A stretch of DNA of 64,000 bases, from contig CAZFLM010000008.1 of the NCBI GenBank assembly GCA_964519955.1, forward strand, positions 4,732 through 68,731. The letters are read 5' to 3'. Below the pieces are notes generated by a model. That model saw nothing but the letters and a program-made list of their open reading frames with translations, did no database searches and was not told the DNA's origin. The translations under genes and the position numbers were made by a program. Shown here one piece after another: positions 26,170 through 34,781 of the stretch. This stretch comes from an uncultured Chthonomonadaceae bacterium. Lineage in GTDB: Bacteria; Armatimonadota; Chthonomonadetes; Chthonomonadales; CAJBBX01. Numbering within the stretch: the stretch's first letter is position 1; each line of letters starts with the position of its first letter.

Positions 26170-26973
26170 CTACGTGCCCGGGCGGTTGGATTGTGCCTGC
26201 TGCTCTTCGGCGGGCCGCAGCAGGTGCTCCGTTTCGGCGGCAGGTGCGCCGGCCGCCGGGCGAAGCAGCGTCTCGGCAACCGGTGCTGCGGCAGGGCGCA
26301 GCAGCACGTGGCGGGTGCCGGCCTCCTCGGCCAGTTCGGCGAGTTCGTCGCGCACCTCCGCCGCGGTTGAGGCCAGCTCCGGGTCGGTCCGCGAGCGCGC
26401 AAGCGCCTCGATCATCGGCAGGGCGCGGGTGTCTTGCGCGATGGCGATGGCGCGGAGGGTTGCGAGAACCAGCCGCCGGTGAGCGGCGCTGTCGCGGGGG
26501 CGTGCCCGCTCGATGACCTCGAGGAGCGCGGCGCGCGCGGACCGGCTCAGGAGGCCGACTTCGGTGGAGCTGAACTCCATGAACGCGCTTGCCAGCCGGC
26601 CATCGGCGGAGCGCAGCACATCGAGGTCGTACTCGCCCGGGCTCGCGGCGGAGGCCGCGTCGGCCCATGCCGTCTCAACCCGGATCGCCTCGCGTACCAG
26701 GCGCGAGGCGCGCCAGCCGCAGACCAACTGGCGGGCCGCGAGGGCAGCCATACCCGCCGCCCAACAGATCGCCATCGCCGTTTGCTCACCGCGAGCGAGG
26801 TGCCACCCCTGGCTGGCCGCGAGCGCACACACCATGCCGAGCACGCCCATGACGCAGGCGAACCCAACCAGCACATGGCCGCCGAGGAACGTGCGCCTCA
26901 GGCGGCGCAGAAGCGCGTCTATACGAGCCGCGCACTCATCGTCCTGCTTGTCCAGGTCCGCGCTGCCGCACAT
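26170..26973 (-). CDS. LLRP-tail paralog 5
   Basis: ATG at 26973. Two TM helices. HEAT-like TLRAIAIAQDTRALPMIEALAR. Tail HVLLRPAAAPVAETLLRPAAGAPAAETEHLLRPA. Confidence 0.75.
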   Translation of the reverse strand: MCGSADLDKQDDECAARIDALLRRLRRTFLGGHVLVGFACVMGVLGMVCALAASQGWHLARGEQTAMAICWAAGMAALAARQLVCGWRASRLVREAIRVETAWADAASAASPGEYDLDVLRSADGRLASAFMEFSSTEVGLLSRSARAALLEVIERARPRDSAAHRRLVLATLRAIAIAQDTRALPMIEALARSRTDPELASTAAEVRDELAELAEEAGTRHVLLRPAAAPVAETLLRPAAGAPAAETEHLLRPAEEQQAQSNRPGT

Positions 26974-27790
26974 GCTGTTCGGCCTCCACTCCCGATGGGT
27001 TTGACGGCCGCAGCAGGTGCTCCGTTTCGGCGGCAGGTGCGCCGGCCGCCGGGCGAAGCAGCGTCTCGGCAACCGGTGCTGCGGCAGGGCGCAGCAGCAC
27101 GTGGCGGGTGCCGTGCTGGTCGGCGAACTGGCCCATCACCCCTGCGATCCCCTGCGCTGCTTCGCGCACCTCAGGATGCTGCGCCGCCGCCCCGACGTGC
27201 TCGATGGCGGGTAGGCTGGCCAGGTTTCCCAGGTAGAACAGTGTCTCGACCACGGCGATCGCGAACTGCGGATCGTCGGCATCGGTGAGGCGCGAAGCCG
27301 CCCCCGTCAGCAATGGCCCAAGGTGGCCGGTCGCGCATGCCGGTGGCCCCGCAAGCTGATTGCGCGCGAACAGCCCGCGCAGGAGCCGGGCGACCGTCTG
27401 CTGTGCCGCACGCCGCTCGCGCTGCGCCTCCTCACCCAACTCGGCTGTCGGCCCGTGCGTGCAGAAGGGGCCGGCCGCCCGCTCGACTGCGCCCAGGCAC
27501 CGCATGACCCGCAGCCCCGCAGCCCAATCCGATAGGAGCGACCAGGTCGGCGCCACGATCAGGGCCGCCAGGCCGGCATACAGGACAGCCGCGGCCGGGC
27601 TGCGGCCGTGGACCAGGAGCTGCAGAACGAGAGCCAGACCCACCAGCCCCGCGCCTGTCCATCGGATCCGGTCCGCGAGCCTCTGTGCTCGCCGCGCCCG
27701 CGCTGCCGCCGCCAGAGCGCTGTGGGCCGAGCGCTCGACGCGAGCCAGGCCGTTGCTCTCCCCACATCCTGTCGGCTGCGCGCCGTGCAA
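26936..27790 (-). CDS. LLRP-tail paralog 6
   Basis: TTG at 27790 preceded by AAGGGGG. Two TM helices. VETLFYLGNLASLPAIEHVGAA. Tail HVLLRPAAAPVAETLLRPAAGAPAAETEHLLRPS. Overlaps the paralog 5 start by 38 nt. Confidence 0.7.
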   Translation of the reverse strand: MHGAQPTGCGESNGLARVERSAHSALAAAARARRAQRLADRIRWTGAGLVGLALVLQLLVHGRSPAAAVLYAGLAALIVAPTWSLLSDWAAGLRVMRCLGAVERAAGPFCTHGPTAELGEEAQRERRAAQQTVARLLRGLFARNQLAGPPACATGHLGPLLTGAASRLTDADDPQFAIAVVETLFYLGNLASLPAIEHVGAAAQHPEVREAAQGIAGVMGQFADQHGTRHVLLRPAAAPVAETLLRPAAGAPAAETEHLLRPSNPSGVEAEQHVRQRGPGQAGR

Positions 27791-27862
27791 GTCGGTTGGC
27801 CCCCTTTCGACGTGAGGAACGATCGCTGCAAGTGGTGCGATTGCATCCTCCGCTTTGCCCCC

Positions 27863-29035
27863 TCAGCCCTGCCGCAGGGGCAGCGCCAATCGGAACACCG
27901 TGCCGGCCTCCGGCGAGGTGCTGAAGCTCACCGACCCCTTCAGAACACGCTCGGCGAGCAGCTTCATGGCGAAGGTGCCGAACCCGCGGCCCGCGCCCGG
28001 CTTGGTGCTGAAGTGGCGCTGGAACACCCGCAGCGCGATGGCGTCCGGGATCGCGGCGGCGTTCCACACGGAGAAGGCTGTGCCGCCGTCCTCCTCGACC
28101 CACAGCCGGACCTCGCCGCCTGCCTCCGTCGCCTCGAACGCGTTCGTCAGCATGTTCGTGAGCACCCGGCGCAGCGCGGAACGGTCGGTATGGACCCGCG
28201 CGCCGGCCGGCGCCGCCGTCAGCGCCAGGCGCTTGCCCGCGGCCGAGGGGTGCTGGGCCACCAGTGCCTGCAGCTCGCCGATGATGCCGTCGATCGGTAT
28301 GCCCTCGATGGCCGGCCTGTACTCGACATCCGCGCTGCCCAGGATCGCCCGCTGCAGCGCGATCTCGTCGGCGAGGCGCCCCGACAGCATGCGCGCCCGC
28401 TCAAGCAGCGCTTCGCGCTCATCGTCCGTCGAGCCCGGCACCAGATCGGAGCAGCCCTGCAGCGCCGTCGCGACGTTGGCGATGTCGTGCAGGAAGATGC
28501 GCTCCAGGGCTGCCCGCCGCTCCGGCGCCGTCACGTCCTGCAGCAGCAGCACCGTGAGACGGCGGCCCTCCAGCTCGACCGGCGTCGCCAGCACCCTCAG
28601 GCAGATCTCCACCGGCTGGCCCTCTCGCGTGACGGTCGCGACGCACTGCCGCTCGCACGGGGCGCCTGCCTGCTGGCTGCTGACGATGGCGATGGCCGCT
28701 CCGCACGAGGCGCAGTGCCGCGACGTGCCGCAGCGCCCCGGCATATCGTCGGCGTGGGCGCAGCCGATGGCCTCGCCGGGCCGAAGCCCGAGGACGCCCT
28801 CCGGGTCCTCGACTCCGAGGTCGGCGAGGAACGCGCGGTTCACAGCAAGGATCTGGCGGTGCTCGTTCAGGACGGCGACGACGCCGGCCGCGGACGCGAG
28901 GATGCCGTCGACAACGGGGTTATCGACGAGTGTCTCAACCTGACGGCGCACCACGTCGGCTGTGGCGCGCTCGGGGCGGGCGAAGTAGGTGTCTATCGGT
29001 CGCTCCTTGTGTTCGTGCGCGTGCTGCTGGCGCAC
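27863..29035 (-). CDS. Cytoplasmic PAS-type sensor histidine kinase
   Basis: NEHRQILAVNRAFLADLG is PAS-like. FLHDIANVATAL is the H-box. RVLTNMLTNAFEAT is the N-box. HFSTKPGAGRGFGTFAMK is the G-box. Confidence 0.88.
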   Translation of the reverse strand: MRQQHAHEHKERPIDTYFARPERATADVVRRQVETLVDNPVVDGILASAAGVVAVLNEHRQILAVNRAFLADLGVEDPEGVLGLRPGEAIGCAHADDMPGRCGTSRHCASCGAAIAIVSSQQAGAPCERQCVATVTREGQPVEICLRVLATPVELEGRRLTVLLLQDVTAPERRAALERIFLHDIANVATALQGCSDLVPGSTDDEREALLERARMLSGRLADEIALQRAILGSADVEYRPAIEGIPIDGIIGELQALVAQHPSAAGKRLALTAAPAGARVHTDRSALRRVLTNMLTNAFEATEAGGEVRLWVEEDGGTAFSVWNAAAIPDAIALRVFQRHFSTKPGAGRGFGTFAMKLLAERVLKGSVSFSTSPEAGTVFRLALPLRQG

Positions 29036-29281
29036 GGCGTTGGCTGGCTGCCAGGCAGTGCGCTGCTGCCGGGCGAGCCGTTCTGCGCCGGCCCTCTACT
29101 TCGCCGCCGGGCGCGGTGGTCCCTCCGCCGTGGAGGGGCTGTTTCGGACCCCCTGGGTGCGGTGCGCAGGTTCCATGTTGCAAACAGCGGGCGGACGTGG
29201 AATAGGGGCATACAGAGGCGTTCCCCCCGGACGCACATGGACGCTACCACCTGCCGCTGCAAGGACGCTACATTGAAGGGG

Positions 29282-31828
29282 ATGCCAGTCACAGCGCGCG
29301 CCTACGTGCTGCTGGTCTGTGCCGCCGGGGCTGCGTCAGCCCTCGGCGCCGTGATGCTGCAGGTGCCGAGGAGCGCCTACCACACGTGGGACCTGCCGGT
29401 CTTCGTGCTGCTGGCCGCCATCGCCGGCGGCAAGAAGATCGAGCTGGTTCGCCCGCGCGGATCGCACGATGGCGCCTCCATGTCGCTCGGGTACGCGGTC
29501 ACAGTTGCCGCCATGCTGCGCTTCGGGCCGGCCGCCGGCCTGCTGGTGGGCAGCATCACAGCGTTGTCCAGTTGCGTCTATCCGAAGCCCTATCCCGCCC
29601 ACCAGTTGGTCTTCAACGTCGCGCTTACCGCCGTCGAGTCGTGGCTCGCCGGCCTGGCCTACCTGCAGCTCAACGGATGGAGCCTGGCTCTGCGCCCCTA
29701 CGAGTCGGCCGGTCCCATCGTCGCCTCCTGCCTGGTCAGCTACCTGGTCAACACCGGCGGCGTGTCGATCGTCATCGCTCTGTGCTCCGGCGAGCGGATC
29801 GGGACGCTCTGGCGCACTACCTTCCTGTGGACCGCGCCGAGTTACTTCGCCGGCGCTAGCATCAGCGCCCTGGGCCTGTTCCTGTTCGGCGAGCGCACGG
29901 GCGTCATCCTGCTCTTCGGCGCGCCGGTCGCCTTCCTCACCTACTACTCGTACGCGGTGTACACCGCCCGCGCCGAGGAGCACCGTAAGCACATCGAGGA
30001 GCTGCAGGTCAGCCAGGCCCAGCTCGCCGATCTCTACCTGGCCACCATCAAGAGCCTGGCGCTTGCCATCGACGCCAAGGATAAGTACACGCACCAGCAC
30101 ATCGTGCGCGTTCAGCGGTACGCGGTTGCCGTGGCGGTCCATCTGGGCCTCAGCGAGAGCGACATCGAGGGCGTCAAGACCGGCGCGCTGCTGCACGACA
30201 TCGGCAAGCTGGGAGTCGCCGAGTACGTGCTGCTGAAGCCGGGGCGGCTGGCCGAGGACGAGTTCAAGCACATCCAGCGCCACCCGGAGATCGGCGCTGC
30301 CATCCTGGACCCGGTGAGCTTCCCGTGGCCGGTGGTGCCGGCCGTCAAGCACCACCACGAGAAGTGGGATGGCACCGGCTACCCGGACGGGCTTCGCGGT
30401 GAGCAGATCCCGCTGCCGGCCCGCATCCTCGCCGTGGCGGATGTCTACGACGCGCTTACTTCGACCCGCTCGTACCGGACGGCCTGGCCGCACGAGAAGG
30501 CTGTCGATGTGATCCGCGACGGCTCGGGCAAACACTTCGACCCGACAGTCGCCGCCGCGTTCCTGGCGGTCATCGGCGGCGTGATCTCCCAGATGGCGGA
30601 GGAGGGGATCGGCCCGCTGGCGCCCCATCACGTCGAGCCGAACCTGGGCACGATGAAGGCTGACCTCGCCGCGCGAGACATCCAGCGCGCCGCCGCCGAC
30701 CTGTGGGCTCTATACGAGGTCGCGCAGACGCTGTCGTCGAGCCTTGCGCTCGCGGAGACCGTGGACATCCTCTCTCGCAAGCTGGAGGCGATGTTCCCGG
30801 GGTCGGCATGCGCGTTCCTCTTGATGGACAAGACCCGCAGGCAGCTCGACGTCCGGGCCGCCTCCGGCGTGAACCGCGAGTTCCTGACGGGGGCACATAC
30901 GCTCGGCCCGACAAGCCGGTCGATGCGCGCCGCCGTCGAGCGCGAGACCTACAACGGCGGCTTCGACCAGGACGACCTGCTGCTCACCTCCGTTCCGACT
31001 ACGGAATGGGTGCCCATCGAGTCGTCGCTGATCGTGCCAGTCGTCCATCGTGGCGAGGTGCTGGGCTCCGTCAACTTCTACCACCCGCAGGCCGGCGCGT
31101 TCGGCGCCCACGAGCAGCAACTGGCGGAGATGGTGGCCCAGCGGGCGGCCTGCGCGCTCTACAACAGCATCGCGTTCGAGCGCGCGCGCGGCCACGCCGA
31201 GACCGACCCGCTCACCGGGCTCTACAACATCCGCTATCTGACCGAGCAGGTCGACCGCCACTGCTCCCAGACGCGGCTGCGCTGCCCGGTATGTGGTCTG
31301 CTGGACGAGGACGGATGCGGCCACGACGCCCCGCGCACGGTGGGGCGCGAGGACGATCGCTTCGCGCTGCTGTGCCTCGACCTCGACAGCTTCAAGCCGA
31401 TCAATGACAACTTCGGCCATCAGCAGGGCGACGACGTGCTCCGGCGCGTGGCGAGGGTTCTCCGCGAAACGGTGCGCCACACCGACGTCGTGGCGCGCTA
31501 CGGCGGCGACGAGTTCCTCGTGATGCTGCGCTCCGCCACGCGCGAGGAAGCCGAGGCGATGGCGCACCGGCTGGCCCTCGCCATCGAGCAGCAGGACATG
31601 GGCGTCGACCATCCGGCCTACGGCGCCCTGTCCATCGGCGCGAGCGTGGGCTACGCCTGCTTCCCGGCCGACGGCACCGACTGCGCCACCCTCATCGCCT
31701 CGGCCGACGCGTGCATGTACCGGGTCAAGGCGGAGCGCAAGCTCGACGCCATGGCCACCCGCGGCCGCAAGCACTGGCCCGCCCACGCGCCCGGCACCCC
31801 GCCCTGGGAGCACAAGGAAGCCGCGTAG
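29282..31828 (+). CDS. Multidomain c-di-GMP protein: membrane domain, HD-GYP, GAF, GGDEF
   Basis: HQHIVRVQRYA...LLHDIGKLGV...HHEKWDGTGYPDGL is the HD-GYP signature. A GAF-like middle follows. LTGLYNIRYL...LDLDSFKPINDNFGHQQGD...RHTDVVARYGGDEFLVML has GGDEF with RxxD. Start at 29282 (AAGGGG RBS), alternative ATG at 29237. Confidence 0.88.
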   Translation: MPVTARAYVLLVCAAGAASALGAVMLQVPRSAYHTWDLPVFVLLAAIAGGKKIELVRPRGSHDGASMSLGYAVTVAAMLRFGPAAGLLVGSITALSSCVYPKPYPAHQLVFNVALTAVESWLAGLAYLQLNGWSLALRPYESAGPIVASCLVSYLVNTGGVSIVIALCSGERIGTLWRTTFLWTAPSYFAGASISALGLFLFGERTGVILLFGAPVAFLTYYSYAVYTARAEEHRKHIEELQVSQAQLADLYLATIKSLALAIDAKDKYTHQHIVRVQRYAVAVAVHLGLSESDIEGVKTGALLHDIGKLGVAEYVLLKPGRLAEDEFKHIQRHPEIGAAILDPVSFPWPVVPAVKHHHEKWDGTGYPDGLRGEQIPLPARILAVADVYDALTSTRSYRTAWPHEKAVDVIRDGSGKHFDPTVAAAFLAVIGGVISQMAEEGIGPLAPHHVEPNLGTMKADLAARDIQRAAADLWALYEVAQTLSSSLALAETVDILSRKLEAMFPGSACAFLLMDKTRRQLDVRAASGVNREFLTGAHTLGPTSRSMRAAVERETYNGGFDQDDLLLTSVPTTEWVPIESSLIVPVVHRGEVLGSVNFYHPQAGAFGAHEQQLAEMVAQRAACALYNSIAFERARGHAETDPLTGLYNIRYLTEQVDRHCSQTRLRCPVCGLLDEDGCGHDAPRTVGREDDRFALLCLDLDSFKPINDNFGHQQGDDVLRRVARVLRETVRHTDVVARYGGDEFLVMLRSATREEAEAMAHRLALAIEQQDMGVDHPAYGALSIGASVGYACFPADGTDCATLIASADACMYRVKAERKLDAMATRGRKHWPAHAPGTPPWEHKEAA

Positions 31829-31843
31829 CCGCCGCACGCATCC

Positions 31844-31914
31844 CTGGAGGGCGTGCGTCCGTGCCCGCCGGCGTCGTTCGCGCGCTACTGGAGGGCGGGC
31901 CTCCGTGCCCGCCG
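31844..31914. repeat. Two copies (44-nt period) of CTGGAGGGCGnnCnTCCGTGCCCGCCG, related to the REP-like element
   Basis: Copies at 31844-31870 and 31888-31914. They share the core TCCGTGCCCG with 8032-8057 and 63629-63654. Immediately 3' of the stop at 31828. Confidence 0.6.
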
Positions 31915-32000
31915 CGCCCTCCCCGCCACACAATCCCGCACTTCCAACAGTGACCGCCCGTTCGCTTGGCGCCGATCCTTGAGGTGCCGGATGGTTCCGC

Positions 32001-32090
32001 CCCCGATAAAGGCAAACCTGTCGCAAGGCAGGGGCGCAAAGCCGACGGGCCTCCCGCCGCACTGGGAGGAAGCCGGGCTGCCGAAAGGGC
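32001..32090 (+). promoter_or_regulatory. c-di-GMP-I (GEMM-I) riboswitch aptamer, copy 1
   Basis: AAAGGCAAACC-UGUC-GCAA-GGCA-GGGGCGCAAAGCC...GGGAGGAAGCCGGGCUGCCGAAAGG. Compare the V. cholerae Vc2 pattern GGCAAACC-stem-GAAA-stem-GGGACGCAAAGCC...AGCGGGGUUACCGAUGG. Confidence 0.75.
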
Positions 32091-32194
32091 GCAGCCGATG
32101 CAGGGATGCTCTCCTCATCGTCTCGCGGGGTCGGGACCCCAAGAGGGGTCGCACGTTCCGCCGCGTTGCGGCGTCGCGATCGAAGACCCTTCGC

Positions 32195-32306
32195 AATCGA
32201 CAAAGGCAAACCGGCCGAGAGGCCGGGACGCAAAGCCATGGACCCTAGCTCGCCGCGCCTGCCGCACTCCGGCGCCGCGGGACGGGCAGCCAGGTTGCCG
32301 AAAGCG
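32195..32306 (+). promoter_or_regulatory. c-di-GMP-I (GEMM-I) riboswitch aptamer, copy 2
   Basis: CAAAGGCAAACC-GGCC-GAGA-GGCC-GGGACGCAAAGCC...GGCAGCCAGGUUGCCGAAAGC. It ends ~25 nt before the GAGGGAGAG RBS and the ATG at 32331. Confidence 0.8.
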
Positions 32307-32330
32307 TACGATTACGAGGGAGAGTGCTCA

Positions 32331-34094
32331 ATGAGTATGAACGGTGGCCGTTTCGCCGCCGGTTGCGCGCGTGACATGCGTCGGGCCTGCCTGGCCGCGC
32401 TGGCGCTCGCGTCCTTACTCGCCTGGCCTGCTGCCTCACAGGCGAGCGATAGCGCCGCACGTGGCCCCGCCGCGTTCGGCAAATGCGATACGTTGCTCCG
32501 CGTCCAGATGGAGCGCAACTCCGCCAAGGGATGGACGTCCGCCGTCCTGTGGATCGACGGCCAGCTCACCGCGGAGCGCCGTGCCAAGTTCGGCGCGCTG
32601 CACGTCGATGTCTACCGCAACCTGCCCGTCATCTCGTCGGTGGCCGCCCGCATTCCGAACCGGAACCTGCGTGCGGTGGCCGACCTATCGTTTGTCAAGC
32701 GCCTGTCGTCCGACGCGACTGTCCTCAAGAACGACGAGTACACCGTGGAGGCCACCGGCGCAGACGTCGCCTTCTCCAAGAACCACCTGACTGGCAAGGG
32801 CATCACGGTCGCCGTGCTCGACAGCGGCCTCCGCGAGTCCTACGATCTGACCGAGTCGCTGTCGCGGCGCCGCGTGCTCGCCAGGGTCTCGTTCGTGCCA
32901 ACCGACCGCAGCCCGGACGACCAGTGCGGGCACGGCACGCACGTTGCCGGTATCATCGGCGGCAACGGCAAGTCGTCCACCGGCCCCTGGTTCACCCGCA
33001 CGTTCTACGGCGTTGCCCGCCGCGCCAGCCTCGTCAGCGTTCGCGTGCTGGACGAGTACGGTCAGGGCAACGTCAGTGCGGTTCTGGCCGGCATCCAGTG
33101 GTGCATCGACAACCGCTCCCGCTATGGAATCCGCGTGCTGAACCTGTCGCTCGGCCATCCGGTCGGCGAGAGCTTCACCACCGACCCGCTCTGCCGGGCC
33201 GCCGAGGCCGCCTGGAAGTCCGGCATCGTCGTGGTGTGTGCCGCGGGCAACATGGGGCGCTCGATGTATGAGCAGGACCCGGCCCTGGACAATGAGGGCT
33301 ATGGGACTGCCTACGGCTCCATCCAGTCGCCGGGCAACGACCCGTACGTCATCACCGTCGGCGCGATGAAGCGCATGGACGGGGTCCGGGCCAATGACCG
33401 GATCGCTACCTACTCCAGCCGCGGCCCGAGCCGTCTCGACTTCGTCGTGAAGCCGGACATCGTGGCCCCCGGCAACCGCGTCATCTCGCTGGACGTGGAC
33501 AACGGCTACCTGGAGCGGACTTGCGCGTCCACCAACATGGTGCCGAAGTCCTACTACATGGTCCGCGCCAGCAACGACGCGTCCGATAGCTACTTCTATC
33601 TCTCCGGCACGTCCATGGCCGCGCCGGTGGTGTCTGGGGCCGCCGCCCTGATGCTCGAGGCGGATCCCACGCTCTCGCCGGACACGGTCAAGGCGCGGCT
33701 GATGATCGCAGCCGACAAGTGGCTCGCGCCGAACGGACTGGCCGATGTTTGCACCTATGGTGCGGGCTATCTCAACATCCCGGCCGCCCTGGCCTGCAGG
33801 TACAGGGCCACCCAGGCTTCGCTCAGCCCGATGCTGGTGCGAGACGATGCCGGCAGCGTGTTCCTGTGCGCCTACGGCGACGTCACCGGGACGCGGGCCA
33901 TCTGGGGGGGAGGAAACACCTCAGTAGTCGACGCGACCCGGGCGATCTGGGGTCCCGCGACTGCCGAGAACACGCCGGCCTTGACGAACAGCTACCAGCT
34001 CTACGGGCTCAACGTGTGGTTCGATGGTTGGGTCTGGGGCGAGGGGTATACAGCCGCCGATCTGTCGATGACGACGATCATCGGGGAGGGGTAA
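32331..34094 (+). CDS. Secreted subtilisin-like serine protease (peptidase S8)
   Basis: Signal peptide ...ALASLLAWPAASQA. Catalytic triad motifs VAVLDSGL (Asp), HGTHVAGIIGG (His) and GTSMAAPVVSGAAALM (Ser). Confidence 0.92.
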   Translation: MSMNGGRFAAGCARDMRRACLAALALASLLAWPAASQASDSAARGPAAFGKCDTLLRVQMERNSAKGWTSAVLWIDGQLTAERRAKFGALHVDVYRNLPVISSVAARIPNRNLRAVADLSFVKRLSSDATVLKNDEYTVEATGADVAFSKNHLTGKGITVAVLDSGLRESYDLTESLSRRRVLARVSFVPTDRSPDDQCGHGTHVAGIIGGNGKSSTGPWFTRTFYGVARRASLVSVRVLDEYGQGNVSAVLAGIQWCIDNRSRYGIRVLNLSLGHPVGESFTTDPLCRAAEAAWKSGIVVVCAAGNMGRSMYEQDPALDNEGYGTAYGSIQSPGNDPYVITVGAMKRMDGVRANDRIATYSSRGPSRLDFVVKPDIVAPGNRVISLDVDNGYLERTCASTNMVPKSYYMVRASNDASDSYFYLSGTSMAAPVVSGAAALMLEADPTLSPDTVKARLMIAADKWLAPNGLADVCTYGAGYLNIPAALACRYRATQASLSPMLVRDDAGSVFLCAYGDVTGTRAIWGGGNTSVVDATRAIWGPATAENTPALTNSYQLYGLNVWFDGWVWGEGYTAADLSMTTIIGEG

Positions 34095-34247
34095 CTGTGA
34101 CCGTGATGACTCGTCTGCAAGGCGCCACTGGCGGCGCGACCTGGTCCAGGATCATCTGGGGCCAATCCTGGCTCTCGATGGGTGGGGCGGTGGGAAGGCA
34201 GCCCGGCACTCCAGGGGCTGCGGTGACCACGGCTCTGAGGTAACAGC

Positions 34248-34290
34248 GCCCGCGGGCCCGTCTGCCATTCCGGCAGGCGGGCCCGCGGGC
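34248..34290. terminator. Bidirectional long hairpin between convergent genes
   Basis: GCCCGCGGGCCCGTCTGCC-attcc-GGCAGGCGGGCCCGCGGGC is a 19-bp stem with one G-U pair. Confidence 0.6.
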
Positions 34291-34310
34291 TGTCTGGGCG
34301 CAAGACTGAC

Positions 34311-34730
34311 CTACGTGATGCGGCGGCCCGTCGTACTGCAGATGAGGTCGCCGTGCTTCACGCCTCGCGCAGCGATCAGCTCGTCCGCCACGTGCCGGAC
34401 CTCGGGCGCCGCGCCCCGCACGATCACCACCTCCAGGCAGTTCTGCTCGTCGAGGTGGATGTGCGTGGTGCAGATGACTGCGTGGTGGTGGCTGTGCTGC
34501 ATCGCGTTCAGCGCCTGGCCGAGCCCGTGCTCGTCGTGCTCATACACGATCGTCACGGTGCCCACGACCTCCGCGTTCGGATCTTCCCACTCGCCGCGTA
34601 CCGCCTCGCGCCGCACCAGGTCGCGAATCGCCTCGGAGCGGTACTCGTATCCGCGCTCCTTCACCAGGGCGTCGAGCTTGTCGAGCAACTCCTGCTCCAT
34701 CGAGACGCCGAAGCGCACCAGGTCGCTCAC
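34311..34730 (-). CDS. nikR: Nickel-responsive regulator NikR (RHH + ACT-like metal-binding domain)
   Basis: GGGGAGG then GTG at 34730. VSDLVRFGVSMEQELLDKLDALV...YRSEAIRDLVR is a ribbon-helix-helix. HHHAVICTTHIHLDEQNCLEVVIVRG carries the His/Cys metal site. Confidence 0.85.
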   Translation of the reverse strand: MSDLVRFGVSMEQELLDKLDALVKERGYEYRSEAIRDLVRREAVRGEWEDPNAEVVGTVTIVYEHDEHGLGQALNAMQHSHHHAVICTTHIHLDEQNCLEVVIVRGAAPEVRHVADELIAARGVKHGDLICSTTGRRIT

Positions 34731-34781
34731 CGATAGGCCTCCCCTCGCCGAAACCGTGCCGCGCACCTTCGGCCGGCGGCG

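Noticed and set aside
27608-29281. 558-codon N-terminal extension of the HD-GYP/GGDEF ORF (track ORF 27608-31828)
   Set aside because: The extension is antisense to the histidine kinase gene and has a shadow-ORF composition. The hydrophobic membrane domain begins right after the ATG at 29282, which has an AAGGGG RBS.
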